Assembly (NCBI GenBank): GCA_963761125.1
Contig: CAVXFV010000004.1
Location: 392,544 to 456,543, forward strand
Length of the DNA stretch: 64,000 nt
Reading direction: 5' to 3'
Source: Candidatus Latescibacterota bacterium
GTDB taxonomy: Bacteria; Krumholzibacteriota; Krumholzibacteriia; WVZY01; JAKEHA01
In this document: one piece after another, positions 38,498 to 50,374 of the stretch
Position numbering within the stretch: position 1 is the stretch's first letter
How the letters are laid out: each line of letters opens with the position of its first letter
The notes under the pieces: model-generated
The model's database searches: none
What the model was told of the DNA's origin: nothing
What the model saw: the letters and a program-made list of their open reading frames with translations, nothing else
Position numbers and translations under genes: made by a program

Positions 38498-39721
38498 CTA
38501 CGACGCGGCGATGACGCCGCGGATCTCGTCGTCGGTGAGGATGTGGTCGGACTGTTTGGCGCGCTCGAAGATCCGATCCACCAGCGCGTCGGTGGGCGTG
38601 ATGGCGCGCGAGGACAGCCAGTAGCGAACGTTCGACTTCCCGCTCATCGGTCCGATTTCGATGACCTGCTCCAGCCCGAACGCGTCGGCGGGGACACCGC
38701 TGTAGATGCGGTTCGCCAGCCACGCATCGCCCTTCTTGTACGCCTTCACGATCGCATCCGCGTGAACGCCCGTCTGCGTGCGAAACGCGTCGCGTCCCAG
38801 CACGGGATAGTTATCCGGGATCGGAACCTTGCAGGCCTCGGACACCTTGCGGGCGTACGCCGGAAGCTTCGTCAGGTCGTGGTCGTAGACGCCCATCAGT
38901 TTGAAATTCACCATCAGCATGTCGATAGGCGTATTGCCGACGCGCTCGCCAATGCCGAGCATCGACCCGTGGATGCGGTCGGCGCCGGCGTAGAACGCCG
39001 CGATCGAATTGGCGACGGCGACGTCGCGATCGCGGTGTCCGTGCCAGTCGACGCCGATCGACTTGCCCGAACGGGTGACCAGGCTTCGGATGAAGCGCAC
39101 GACGGCGGCCGCGCCGTCGGGCGTCGCGTGTCCGACGGTATCGGAGATGCACACGCGCTCCACGTCGTGGTCGATGGCCAGCTGGTAGAGCCGTTCCAGC
39201 GTCTCCGGGCGCGACCGGGTGGTGTCCTCGGTGACGTACATCACCGGTACCTCGTTCTTGTGCGCGAACTCGATCGCCTCCTCGCTCACCTTCAGCATCC
39301 GCTCGACGGTCCAGTCCTCGGCGAACTGCCGGATCGGGCTGGAAAAGATGAACAGAGCCGCCTGGACCTTGATCCCGGTCTTCTGCTGGATGTCGATAAT
39401 GGGCAGAATGTCGTTCCGGTGCGTGCGCGCCGCGCAATACGGGTAGAGTTTCATCCGGGCGCCGGCGATCTCGCTCGCGATGGCGAGCACGTCGTTGAAC
39501 GCGTGCGCACCCGCCGCCGGGAGGCCGATGGCAGCCGACGACGCCCCGAGGTCTTCCATGAAGTGCAGGATTTCGAGCTTGTCCGGCACGCTCGGGTTGG
39601 ATACCGACGGCGACTGCAGGCCGTCGCGGAGCGTCTCGTCGTTCAGCTTGAGCGCATACGGCGGTGGCGGCGGAACGGGGTTCCAGTCGTGGATCAGGTC
39701 GTTTTCGTCGCTCGTCGCCAT
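38498..39721 (-). CDS. 2-isopropylmalate/homocitrate synthase-family (HMGL-like) protein without a LeuA C-terminal regulatory domain
   Basis: 'LNDETLRDGLQS', 'VCISDTVGHATP', 'DWHGHRDRDVAVANSIAAFYAGADRIHGSMLGIGERVGN'. Confidence 0.75.
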   Translation of the reverse strand: MATSDENDLIHDWNPVPPPPPYALKLNDETLRDGLQSPSVSNPSVPDKLEILHFMEDLGASSAAIGLPAAGAHAFNDVLAIASEIAGARMKLYPYCAARTHRNDILPIIDIQQKTGIKVQAALFIFSSPIRQFAEDWTVERMLKVSEEAIEFAHKNEVPVMYVTEDTTRSRPETLERLYQLAIDHDVERVCISDTVGHATPDGAAAVVRFIRSLVTRSGKSIGVDWHGHRDRDVAVANSIAAFYAGADRIHGSMLGIGERVGNTPIDMLMVNFKLMGVYDHDLTKLPAYARKVSEACKVPIPDNYPVLGRDAFRTQTGVHADAIVKAYKKGDAWLANRIYSGVPADAFGLEQVIEIGPMSGKSNVRYWLSSRAITPTDALVDRIFERAKQSDHILTDDEIRGVIAAS

Positions 39722-39807
39722 GGTGTTCGCTCCCTCGTTCCACGCTAGCAGAACCGGAGACGGGCTTCAACAGGCGTGACGCGTCGCGTTCGGCCGCCGG
39801 ATCGGGT

Positions 39808-40485
39808 ATGATCGCGGACATGGCGTGGCTCGACCGGCGCAGTGCTTCACTCCAGGCGGGACTGGATCGCGACCTCGTCGCGGCAGCCAGGCACCTGCGC
39901 CGGTGCGACCCGGTACTCGCCGAACTCGTCGACCGTTTCGGCCCGTACGAACTGCACGCGACGACGAACGCGTTCCAGGTGATGCTGGAGACGATCGTTT
40001 CGCAGCAACTGAGCACGCACGCTGCCCGGTCGATCTACGGTCGCGTTGCGACGCTGCTCGGCGCCCGCTCTCCGCGCCCGCGCGACCTGCTTGACGTGAC
40101 CCACGCCGACCTGGTTGCATGCGGCCTCTCGCGGTCCAAGGCGGAGTACGCGCTGAACGTCGCGGCGACTTTCGAGGAGAAACGGCTGACGCGTCGAACG
40201 TTCCAGCGGATGAGCGACGCCGAGGTGACCGAGGTGCTCACGTCGATCAAGGGCGTGGGGGACTGGTCCGCGCACATGTTCCTCATTTTCGCGTTGAACC
40301 GCCTCGACGTGTTTCCCGTCGGCGACCTGAGTCTGCGCAAGACGATGATGGCGCGTTACCGCCTGCGGCGGAACACGCGTCCCCGGCGACTGGAACGAAT
40401 CGCGGATAAGTGGCGGCCGTATAGGACGGTCGGCACGTTGTACATGTGGCGCAGTTACGATCCGGCGCCCGCCGGAGACGACTGA
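39808..40485 (+). CDS. HhH-GPD DNA glycosylase (AlkA-like 3-methyladenine glycosylase II)
   Basis: 'MLETIVSQQLSTHAARSIYGRV', 'LTSIKGVGDWSAHMFLIFAL', 'DVFPVGDLSLRK'. Confidence 0.75.
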   Translation: MIADMAWLDRRSASLQAGLDRDLVAAARHLRRCDPVLAELVDRFGPYELHATTNAFQVMLETIVSQQLSTHAARSIYGRVATLLGARSPRPRDLLDVTHADLVACGLSRSKAEYALNVAATFEEKRLTRRTFQRMSDAEVTEVLTSIKGVGDWSAHMFLIFALNRLDVFPVGDLSLRKTMMARYRLRRNTRPRRLERIADKWRPYRTVGTLYMWRSYDPAPAGDD

Positions 40486-40522
40486 CGACGCGCGGCAAGC
40501 GGCCGTTTGGGAGGATGAAATC

Positions 40523-41359
40523 ATGGCGGTGAAAGTCGGTCTGGTGCTCGGTGGTGGCGGTGCCCGCGGCTATGCGCATATCGGTGTGCTTCGCGCGCTG
40601 GAGAAGCGGAAGTTCGCGGTCGCGGCGATCGCCGGGTGTTCGATGGGTGGAATCGTCGGCGCGTTGTTCTCGGCCGGCTTCTCGTCCGACAAGATCTACG
40701 AAATCTTCAGCGACGTGGACATGTTCCACCTGCTGGACCGAAGCCGCATGGGCGGACTGATCGGCGGCAAGGGGATCACGCGCAACCTGGAGAAGTACCT
40801 TCCCGCGACGTTCGCCGACCTGAAGATCCCGGTGGCCGTGACCGCGGTGGACGTGCAACTGGGCAAGGTGGTTGTTCTCAATCGCGGCGCGTTGTTGCCG
40901 GCGTTGCGGGCGACGAGCGCGTTGCCGGGGCTCTTTGCCGCGGTTCGTCACGAGGGGCGCATCCTGGTCGATGGCGGTCTGCTCAACGGTCTCCCGGTCG
41001 ACATCATCCGCACCATGACGCTCTCTCCGGTCGTGGCGGTGCACACGGGCGCGCCGCCCGATCGCAAGCTCGTCTTCGACGACGAGCGCACGTTCTGGGA
41101 GAAACTGCGCGAGCCGGTTCTGCGCGGGAAACGGCCGCTCATCCTGGAGATGATGATGAAGGTGATCGACGTCCCGCAGGCCCCGCTCACGTCGATCCGT
41201 CTGTCGCTGAACCCCCCGGAAGTCCTCATCCGGCCCGCGCTCGACCCCGATCTGAAGATCGAGGACTACGCCCGCATCGACGAAGCGGTAGACGCCGGTT
41301 TCGAGGCGGCCTGCCAGAAGCTCGACGAAAACGAATCGGTTCTGCGCGCGACCCAGTAG
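40523..41359 (+). CDS. Patatin-like phospholipase
   Basis: 'VLGGGGARGYAHIGVLRAL', nucleophile elbow 'GCSMGG', 'ILVDGGLLNGLP'. Confidence 0.85.
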   Translation: MAVKVGLVLGGGGARGYAHIGVLRALEKRKFAVAAIAGCSMGGIVGALFSAGFSSDKIYEIFSDVDMFHLLDRSRMGGLIGGKGITRNLEKYLPATFADLKIPVAVTAVDVQLGKVVVLNRGALLPALRATSALPGLFAAVRHEGRILVDGGLLNGLPVDIIRTMTLSPVVAVHTGAPPDRKLVFDDERTFWEKLREPVLRGKRPLILEMMMKVIDVPQAPLTSIRLSLNPPEVLIRPALDPDLKIEDYARIDEAVDAGFEAACQKLDENESVLRATQ

Positions 41360-41368
41360 CGCGCGGCG

Positions 41369-43024
<1,656 letters not shown>

Positions 43025-43049
43025 GGGGACTCCTTTTCCGGGGCCGGAG

Positions 43050-44156
43050 CTATCCGGCGAGTTGAGTTTTCATGCGGCGCGCGGCAATGGGCATCATGAT
43101 ACACGCCATCGCGAGGAGAATCAGCACGTTCGATGTCGGAAACGGGGCATGGGGGCCGATAGCCGTCATCCCGCCGAGGGCGTCCATAATCTCGCCGGTC
43201 GGAAACACGAGCGCCAGCTTGCGCATCGCGGCCGGCGCGACTTCGAGCGGCCACCAGCATCCGCCGAGCGCCGCCATCACCAGCGAGACGATCACGCCGA
43301 CCGCGTTGGCCTTGTCGGTGGAGCGGAAGAACGAGGCGAGCAGCATGCCGAGCGAGGCGGCGGCCAGCATGTACGCGCCGAGGACCGACGCCAGCTGCAC
43401 CGGCTGGACGTCCAGGTGAACCCCGAGAATCAGCGACCCCATGCCCAGGATGATCGCCACCTGGATCGCGCCCCAGATGAGCCGCGCGACGATCTGCGCC
43501 ACCAGAATGTCGCCGGTGCGCGTGGGACTCATCGTGATCCGCCGCGTCTTGCCGCTCTGGAGATCGGCGACCCAGAGCGTCAGAAAGAACGTCGTGAGCT
43601 GGAACATGATGAACATCACCAGCATCGCGGGAAGCGTGCGCTGCGCGCCCGTGGCGACCCTCGGCGCCGTGCCGCGCGCTGCGACGCGCATCGCGAGCGG
43701 ATGGTCGCCGACGTCGAGCGACGCGGCCCGTTCCAGACGATCGCGCTGGAACGCCATCCGGTACAACGCTTCGCGCGTCTTCGCGCCGACGGCCTGGCTG
43801 CGGAGGTCGCCCGCATCGCCCTTGTGGACGCGCGCCACGACGTTCCCTCCCGCGCGCAGCGTCGCGAGCAGGCTATCGGGGAGTTCGACGCGCACCACGC
43901 CCGCGGTCGCGACCGAGTCGACCACCACGCTTCCGTCCGATTCCAGCACGTCCGCGAGTCCGCGTGCGACCGCCGGTGGATTCGCGCCCGCGTCGACGAC
44001 CGCGTGCGTGACGGGCGACTCGGGTCCACCGCCGAACATGGTGCCGAAGATCCACGCCATCGCGACCGGCGCGATGAGCGACCAGATCAGCGACCCGCGG
44101 TCACGGATGGCAAGCGTGAGCTCGAGCTTCGCGATCGTCCACCAGGCGAATTGCAC
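43050..44156 (-). CDS. ABC-2-type transporter permease
   Basis: N-terminal TM, large loop, then 5 TMs. Directly abuts the upstream permease gene. Confidence 0.7.
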   Translation of the reverse strand: MQFAWWTIAKLELTLAIRDRGSLIWSLIAPVAMAWIFGTMFGGGPESPVTHAVVDAGANPPAVARGLADVLESDGSVVVDSVATAGVVRVELPDSLLATLRAGGNVVARVHKGDAGDLRSQAVGAKTREALYRMAFQRDRLERAASLDVGDHPLAMRVAARGTAPRVATGAQRTLPAMLVMFIMFQLTTFFLTLWVADLQSGKTRRITMSPTRTGDILVAQIVARLIWGAIQVAIILGMGSLILGVHLDVQPVQLASVLGAYMLAAASLGMLLASFFRSTDKANAVGVIVSLVMAALGGCWWPLEVAPAAMRKLALVFPTGEIMDALGGMTAIGPHAPFPTSNVLILLAMACIMMPIAARRMKTQLAG

Positions 44157-45365
44157 CTAGAGCAGCCTCCGTCGTCCGAAGAAAATCCCCGCGCCGAAGA
44201 AGCCGATGCAGGACGCCGCGAGCAGCGGGAGCGAGACGGGAATGTCGCGCCCGGTGAGACAGCGGGTCAGCGCGATGTTCGCCGCACCGGTGGGGATCCA
44301 CTTTGCGAGCACCTGGAAGGTCGGCGGCGTGAACTCCGCGGGGAAGAATCCGCCGCCGAGAATCGTCAGAAAGATCATGAGAAGGGAACTCATCGCCGAG
44401 ACCGCGCGCGGCGAATTGCTCAGCGAGAACACGATGCCGTTGATTCCGGCGATGAACAGCGCCAGCGCCATGACGATCAGGTTCGCCGTCAGGAGCCCCC
44501 GCGCGGGGATGTGCCAGATCAACCCGCCCAGGGTGCCCGCGAGGATGCCGACGATGTACGCGAACGACGCGCTGTACAACCGTTGTTCGAATGCGATCCG
44601 CCAGCGCGGCACCGGGGCGATGACCATCCGGTGGGTCACATGGTTGCGACGATCGAGCAGAAACGCGTGTTCGAGACGCAGCGACACGGCCAGCAGCCCG
44701 AACATCACCAGTCCGGGGAAGAAGAGCGCGGCCATGTTGAAATTGTCTTCCTCGTTGCCCTTGTCGTCGACGAGCGTGACGTCGATCTTCTGCAGCGACG
44801 ACAATCCGCTCGCGCCGCGGCTCGCCGCGTAGAACTGCTCGGCGATGGCGCCGACTTCGTCCGCGGACGGGGCGTGGGTGCCGTTGAAGAACGCGCTCAC
44901 CGATTGCATCGGGGATGCGAACTGTCCGAGGACGCCGTTGCCGATCGTCACCATCGAGCCCACCACGCCCCGCGCGACTTCGGGGCCGATGGTGTGACGC
45001 GGATTGGTGAAAAGTGCCAGCGTATCCGGTTGCATTCGCAACAGGCGATCGCCGAAACCGTCCGGGACCACGAGGGCGGCGGACGCGTCGCCCGCTTCGA
45101 ACAGGCGGTCGACGGCGGCGAGGTCGGACGCGTCGACCACGTGGATCAGATCGCCGACCGGTCCGCGGTCGAAGGCGCTCCGAACCAGCTTGCTGACGAA
45201 GGAGCTGTCCTGGTCGACGACCGCGACATCGATCGTCGGGGTCCCGCCGTTCCCGCCGAAGACCATCTGATAGACGGCCATGAAAAAGAAGGGCACGGTG
45301 AGCCACAGGAGGATCGCCCCGGGTCTGCGGAACGTCCGGCGCCAGTACATGCGAAAGAAGGGCAT
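44157..45365 (-). CDS. ABC-2-type transporter permease
   Basis: Same topology as its neighbour: N-terminal TM 'ILLWLTVPFFFMAVYQMVF', extracytoplasmic loop, C-terminal TM bundle. Confidence 0.7.
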   Translation of the reverse strand: MPFFRMYWRRTFRRPGAILLWLTVPFFFMAVYQMVFGGNGGTPTIDVAVVDQDSSFVSKLVRSAFDRGPVGDLIHVVDASDLAAVDRLFEAGDASAALVVPDGFGDRLLRMQPDTLALFTNPRHTIGPEVARGVVGSMVTIGNGVLGQFASPMQSVSAFFNGTHAPSADEVGAIAEQFYAASRGASGLSSLQKIDVTLVDDKGNEEDNFNMAALFFPGLVMFGLLAVSLRLEHAFLLDRRNHVTHRMVIAPVPRWRIAFEQRLYSASFAYIVGILAGTLGGLIWHIPARGLLTANLIVMALALFIAGINGIVFSLSNSPRAVSAMSSLLMIFLTILGGGFFPAEFTPPTFQVLAKWIPTGAANIALTRCLTGRDIPVSLPLLAASCIGFFGAGIFFGRRRLL

Positions 45366-45382
45366 GGTCGCGTTTTCCTAAC

Positions 45383-46294
45383 TCACGGGCGTTCGACGAT
45401 GGTCCCGGCGGTCCCCGCGACGATCTGTCCGATTTCCTCGAGCGACCCGATCGCGGCGCGCTTGCCGGTCTCTTCGACGAACGCGATCGCGGCTTCGACC
45501 TTCGGTCCCATCGATCCCGCGCCGAAGCGGTACGAGCGCAACTCCTCCGGCGTCGTCTCGCGCAGGAGCCGGTGATTGGCGGTTCCCCAGTCGGCGAAGA
45601 CGCCGGCGACGTCGGTGGCCATCACCAGCAGGTCGGCGTTGACCTCGCGCGCGAGCACCGCGCTCGCACGATCCTTGTCGATCACGACTTCGGCGCCGAC
45701 CAGCGACCCGTCGGCCGCGTACATCGTCGGAATGCCGCCGCCGCCCGCGCAGATCACGATGGTGTTGCGTTCGAGCAGCCACTTGATCGGGCGAATCTCG
45801 AAGATGCGTTTTGGCAGCGGGGAGGGAACCACGCGCCGCCAGCCGCTCCCGTCGGGCGCCACCGTCCAGTTGCGTTCGGCGGCGAGCGCGCGGGCTTCTT
45901 CTTCGGTGTACATCGGGCCGATCGGCTTGGACGGGTCCGAAAACGCGGGGTCCGCCGGGTCGACCTCCACCATCGTCAGCATGGTGGCGAGCGGGCGTTC
46001 GAACGGAACCAGGTTCCCGAGTTCCTGCTCGATCATGTATCCGATCATCCCTTCGGTCTCGGCGCCGAGCACGTCCAGCGGCGCGCTCTGGCCCCGCTCG
46101 GCCGCCTGAAGCGCGAGCAGTCCGACCTGCGGGCCGTTGCCGTGAGAGATGACGATGTCGTTGCCTTCGGCGACCGGCGCGAGCGCGCGGGCGGCGATGC
46201 GCACGTTGGCGCGCTGGTTCTCCGACGTCAGCGCTTCGCCGCGTTTCAACAGCGCGTTTCCGCCGAGCGCGACCACGATGCGGCGTCTGGCCAT
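45383..46294 (-). CDS. arcC: Carbamate kinase
   Basis: '[11 protein letters not shown]', '[11 protein letters not shown]', 'ICAGGGGIP', 'MATDVAGV'. Start 'MARRRIV' lies 5 nt after the OTC stop. Confidence 0.9.
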   Translation of the reverse strand: MARRRIVVALGGNALLKRGEALTSENQRANVRIAARALAPVAEGNDIVISHGNGPQVGLLALQAAERGQSAPLDVLGAETEGMIGYMIEQELGNLVPFERPLATMLTMVEVDPADPAFSDPSKPIGPMYTEEEARALAAERNWTVAPDGSGWRRVVPSPLPKRIFEIRPIKWLLERNTIVICAGGGGIPTMYAADGSLVGAEVVIDKDRASAVLAREVNADLLVMATDVAGVFADWGTANHRLLRETTPEELRSYRFGAGSMGPKVEAAIAFVEETGKRAAIGSLEEIGQIVAGTAGTIVERP

Positions 46295-46299
46295 GATGG

Positions 46300-47304
46300 T
46301 TACTCGCCGAGCGTCGCCACGAGCACGGCCTTGATCGTGTGCAGGCGGTTCTCCGCCTGGTCGAACACGATCGAGTGGCGCGATTCGAATACGTCTTCGG
46401 TGACTTCGAGTCCATCGAGTCCGTATGCGCGGAAGATCGTTTCGCCGACCTTGGTGTGGCGATTGTGGAACGCGGGCAGGCAGTGCAGGAATTTGACGTC
46501 GGGGTTGCCCGTCTGCTTCACCACGTTCATGTTGACCTGATACGGCTTCATGATCCGGATGCGTTCTTCCCATTTGGATTCCGGTTCGCCCATCGAAACC
46601 CAGACGTCGGTGTAGAGGTAGTCGACGCCGTCCACGCCCTCGCCGACGTTCTCGGTGAGCGTGATGCGCGCGCCGCTTTCGGCGGCGATCCCGCGGCAGC
46701 GGTCCACGAGCTCGCCGGCCGGCCAGCACGCCTTCGGCGCCGCGAGACGGACGTCCATGCCCAGAATCGCCGCGCCGGCGAGCAGCGAGTTGCCCATGTT
46801 GTTGCGCGCGTCGCCCAGGTAGCAGAAGCTGATCTGCTCGATCGGCTTGTTCGAGTGCTCCGTCATCGTCAGGACGTCGGCCAGCACCTGCGTCGGGTGA
46901 AACTCGTCGGTCAGCCCGTTGAACACCGGCACGCCCGCGTGCGCCGCCAGCTCCTCGACGACGTCCTGGCCGTAGCCCCGATACTCGATGCCGTCGTACA
47001 TGCGCCCCAGAACGCGGGCCGTGTCCTTCATCGTCTCCTTGTGACCGATCTGCGTGCCGCTCGGGCCCAGGTAGGTCACGTGCGCGCCCTGGTCGTACGC
47101 GGCGACTTCGAAGGCGCATCGCGTGCGCGTCGATGTCTTCTCGAAGATGAGCGCGATATTACGCCCCCGCAGCCGGGGGAGTTCGCGGTGTGCCTTCTTT
47201 TCCGCTTTCAGTTTTCGCGACAGGTCGAGCAGGAACAGGAGCTCGTCCTTCGAGAAGTCGAGATCCTTGAGGAAATGCCGGTTATGCAGATCGATGCGAT
47301 CCAT
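46300..47304 (-). CDS. arcB: Ornithine carbamoyltransferase (catabolic context)
   Basis: '[13 protein letters not shown]', 'HPTQVLADV', 'FLHCLPAFH'. Confidence 0.9.
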   Translation of the reverse strand: MDRIDLHNRHFLKDLDFSKDELLFLLDLSRKLKAEKKAHRELPRLRGRNIALIFEKTSTRTRCAFEVAAYDQGAHVTYLGPSGTQIGHKETMKDTARVLGRMYDGIEYRGYGQDVVEELAAHAGVPVFNGLTDEFHPTQVLADVLTMTEHSNKPIEQISFCYLGDARNNMGNSLLAGAAILGMDVRLAAPKACWPAGELVDRCRGIAAESGARITLTENVGEGVDGVDYLYTDVWVSMGEPESKWEERIRIMKPYQVNMNVVKQTGNPDVKFLHCLPAFHNRHTKVGETIFRAYGLDGLEVTEDVFESRHSIVFDQAENRLHTIKAVLVATLGE

Positions 47305-47325
47305 GTGTGCGCTCCAGTGACGTCC

Positions 47326-48561
47326 TCAGATCGGATCGCGCAGGAACGGGCACGTCATGCAATGACCGCCGCCCCGCCCGCGACCGAGTTCGGACCCGTC
47401 GATGGTCAATACTTTGATGCCCGCTTTGCGCAGGCGCTTGTTGGTGTACTCGTTCTTGGAATACGCGACGACGACGCCGGGTTCGATCGCGATCAGGTTG
47501 TTGCCGTCGTCCCACTGCTCGCGTTCGGCCTGGTACCCGTCGCCGCCGGTGCCGATGACCCGAAGCTTCGTCGTGCCGAGTGCGTCGGCGACCGCGTCCA
47601 GGAAGCTCTTCTCCTCGGTCAGTTCGATCTGTCCGGGTTTGTCGCCCGGCCGCAGGCTGAACGCACGGATGCGGTCGGCAACCTTGGGATACAGGGTCAC
47701 CGCGTCGCGATCGACCATCGTAAAAACGGTGTCGAGGTGCATGTGCGCGCGGTCTTTGGACATCACGCATGCGATCACGCGGTCCGCGGCCTCGTAGCGA
47801 AAGAGCGACTGCGCCAGACGCTCCGCCATCTGCGCCGTGGTGCGCTCGCCGATGCCGACCAGCAGCGTCTTGTTTCCGATCGGCATGACGTCGCCGCCCT
47901 CGAGGGACGCGCGGCCCCAGTCTTCCTGTACGAAGCGTCCCTGTTCATCCTGGTCGGGATACCAGAACTCGAAATCGGCGGTGGCGAACATCGGGTGCCA
48001 GTTGTAGATGGCGGCCACGTGGACCACTTCGAGCTGGCGCGCCTCGAAGTACATCTGATTGAGCGTGACGCCGCTGTAGATCCACGACGACGAGTCGCGG
48101 GTAAAAATCGAATTGGGCAGCGGCGGCAGGACGAAGTCCGTCGGGTCCATCGTGACCAGTGTCAGCGAGTGCTTGCGCAGGAACGTGTCGTCGATCTCGG
48201 CGCGCGCGAGCCCGCCGATCAGGATCGTCGCCAGCCGGCGCGGATCCATTTCGAAGAGATACGCGCGGAAGTCCTTCACCATCGCCGCACCCACGGTGAG
48301 GCGCGTCACGGTCTTGTCCACGACGAACGAGCGCGCCTCCGGCTCCTTCAAGACGTCGGCGAGCAGGTCGTCCAGGTAGAAGACCTCGACGCCCCGCCGT
48401 TCGAGATGGGCGATGAACTTGTCGTGCTCGCCGCGGGCCTTGCGCACCCACAGCACGTCGTCGAACAGGAGTTCCTCGCAGTTCGACGGCGTCAAACGGC
48501 GGAGACTCAAATCGGGACGGTGGACGAGAACCTTGCGCAGCTTTCCGACCTCGGAGTCCAC
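47326..48561 (-). CDS. arcA: Arginine deiminase
   Basis: 'SEVGKLRKVLVHRP', 'FTRDSSSWIY', C-terminal catalytic 'GGGHCMTCP'. Confidence 0.9.
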   Translation of the reverse strand: MDSEVGKLRKVLVHRPDLSLRRLTPSNCEELLFDDVLWVRKARGEHDKFIAHLERRGVEVFYLDDLLADVLKEPEARSFVVDKTVTRLTVGAAMVKDFRAYLFEMDPRRLATILIGGLARAEIDDTFLRKHSLTLVTMDPTDFVLPPLPNSIFTRDSSSWIYSGVTLNQMYFEARQLEVVHVAAIYNWHPMFATADFEFWYPDQDEQGRFVQEDWGRASLEGGDVMPIGNKTLLVGIGERTTAQMAERLAQSLFRYEAADRVIACVMSKDRAHMHLDTVFTMVDRDAVTLYPKVADRIRAFSLRPGDKPGQIELTEEKSFLDAVADALGTTKLRVIGTGGDGYQAEREQWDDGNNLIAIEPGVVVAYSKNEYTNKRLRKAGIKVLTIDGSELGRGRGGGHCMTCPFLRDPI

Positions 48562-48581
48562 GCGGAACTGTCGTCATCGAA

Positions 48582-49508
48582 TCACTCCCGGAGTTCCCGG
48601 CCGGTGAGCCGGATGAAAAGGCTTTCGAGGGAAGGGGGCTTGATCGCGACTTCCTGGAGTTGCTGCAGGGACGCCGCGATCTCGATCAGGCGCGACGCGT
48701 GATTCGACCCGGTCGGGATGGCGACGACCATCTCGCCGGCCTCGTCGCGCAGGATCTCCGCGTCGCCGAGTTCGCCGACGACGTGTCGCACGCGATCATG
48801 GTCGAACTGGCCGCGCAGGCTGAACAGCTGGACGTCTTCGACCTCGGCGCGCAACTGGGCGAGCGTGCCTTCCTTGATGATATGGCCGCCGTCGATAATC
48901 CCCACGCGTTGGCACAGCCGTTCGGCTTCCTCGAGATGGTGCGTGCTCATCAGCACCGCGGTGCCGTTGGCGGCGATTTCGCGGATGCGATCGAGCAACA
49001 GCAATCGCGTCTGCGGGTCGAGTCCGGTGGTCGGTTCGTCCAGGATCAGCGCGCGCGGCTCGTGCAGGATGCCGAGCACCAGTGTGAGGCGCCGCAGCAT
49101 GCCGCCCGAAAACGTTCCCGCGGGCTGGTTGGCGTGGTCGGACAGCTCGATCCAGTCGAGAAGCCGGCGCGACCGTTCGCGCAGCGTGCGCCGGTCGACG
49201 CCGTAGAGCGACCCGAAGAACATGCAGTTTGCCATCGCGCTGATTTCGTCGACGACGATGGACTGTTGCGGTACGACGCCGAGAATGCGCTTCGCGGCCA
49301 GCGGCTCGCGCGTGATGTCGTGGTTGCCGATCGACGCCGACCCGGATGACGGTGCGGTCAGTCCGGAAAGGATGTTGATGGTCGTCGACTTGCCGGCGCC
49401 GTTGGGTCCCAGCAGTCCATAGACCTCGCCCGGCGCCACGCGAAATGACACGCCGCGGACCGCCTCGACTTTGCCGTAGGTTTTTGTTAGGTTCGTAACT
49501 TCTATCAT
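48582..49508 (-). CDS. ABC transporter ATP-binding protein (ABC-2 system ATPase)
   Basis: Walker A 'GPNGAGKST', signature 'FSGGMLRRL', Walker B 'LILDEPTTGLD'. Confidence 0.9.
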   Translation of the reverse strand: MIEVTNLTKTYGKVEAVRGVSFRVAPGEVYGLLGPNGAGKSTTINILSGLTAPSSGSASIGNHDITREPLAAKRILGVVPQQSIVVDEISAMANCMFFGSLYGVDRRTLRERSRRLLDWIELSDHANQPAGTFSGGMLRRLTLVLGILHEPRALILDEPTTGLDPQTRLLLLDRIREIAANGTAVLMSTHHLEEAERLCQRVGIIDGGHIIKEGTLAQLRAEVEDVQLFSLRGQFDHDRVRHVVGELGDAEILRDEAGEMVVAIPTGSNHASRLIEIAASLQQLQEVAIKPPSLESLFIRLTGRELRE

Positions 49509-49541
49509 GACCGCAACTTGGCTTTCTCGATGAGTCCGGCA

Positions 49542-49570
49542 AGTATAGGGGCGCGGGTAGGCCCGGTCAA
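49542..49570 (-). promoter_or_regulatory. sigma70-like promoter TTGACC-N17-TATACT for the ABC/arc operon
   Basis: Minus strand reads TTGACC (49570-49565), a 17-nt spacer, then TATACT (49547-49542). About 34 nt upstream of ATG 49508. Confidence 0.5.
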
Positions 49571-49606
49571 GTCGGGCGATTGAACCGGAAAGGCGCCGTC
49601 GCGGCG

Positions 49607-50374
49607 ATGATTCCCACGATTCGAATCCTGTACGAAGATAATCATCTGCTCGGCGTCTTGAAGCCCGCGGGGCTGCTGGTGCAGGGAGACAAGACCGGCG
49701 ATCGCACCGCGCTGGAAATGGCGCGCGCGTACATCAAGGAGACATACCAGCGGCCGGGCAACGTGTTCCTGGGTCTCGTGCACCGGCTCGATCGTCCGGT
49801 TTCCGGCGTCATGGTGTTCGCGCGCACCTCGAAGGCGGCGTCGCGGCTATCGCGATCGTTCCATGACCGGCAGGTCGAGAAGATCTACCTGGCCGTCGTC
49901 GAAGGGGCGATGACCGAAGACGCCGGTGACCTCGCCGGGTTCGTCGAGCGCACGCACACGCGATCGCGCCTGGCCGCGAAGGAATCGGCGACGGCGCGCG
50001 AGGCGTCGCTCTCGTTTCGCGTGCTGGGACGGGGGGAGGTCGCGACGGCGCGCGCGGGGCGGAAGGGTGCGGGCGTTCGCGCGTGCACGTTGCTGGAGAT
50101 TCGCCCGCGCACCGGCCGGCACCACCAGATCCGGCTTCAATTGTCGGCGGCGGGATATCCGATCGTCGGCGACATGAAGTATCGCGCATCCGAGCCGCTT
50201 GTCGACAGGGCCGTCGCGTTGCACGCGGCCTGTCTGCGCTTTCCCCACCCGGTTCGCGATGACGCCGTCGAGATCGCCGCGCCCCCGCCGGCGTCGGCTC
50301 CGTGGACGGCGTTCACGTCCGTGCTCGACGCCTACGCGCCGCCACCCCCGGCGCTTCCGCCCGCGCCATCCTGA
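49607..50374 (+). CDS. RluA-family pseudouridine synthase
   Basis: 'ILYEDNHLLGVLKPAG', catalytic 'HRLDRPVSGVMVFA', 'GRHHQIRLQL'. Confidence 0.85.
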   Translation: MIPTIRILYEDNHLLGVLKPAGLLVQGDKTGDRTALEMARAYIKETYQRPGNVFLGLVHRLDRPVSGVMVFARTSKAASRLSRSFHDRQVEKIYLAVVEGAMTEDAGDLAGFVERTHTRSRLAAKESATAREASLSFRVLGRGEVATARAGRKGAGVRACTLLEIRPRTGRHHQIRLQLSAAGYPIVGDMKYRASEPLVDRAVALHAACLRFPHPVRDDAVEIAAPPPASAPWTAFTSVLDAYAPPPPALPPAPS

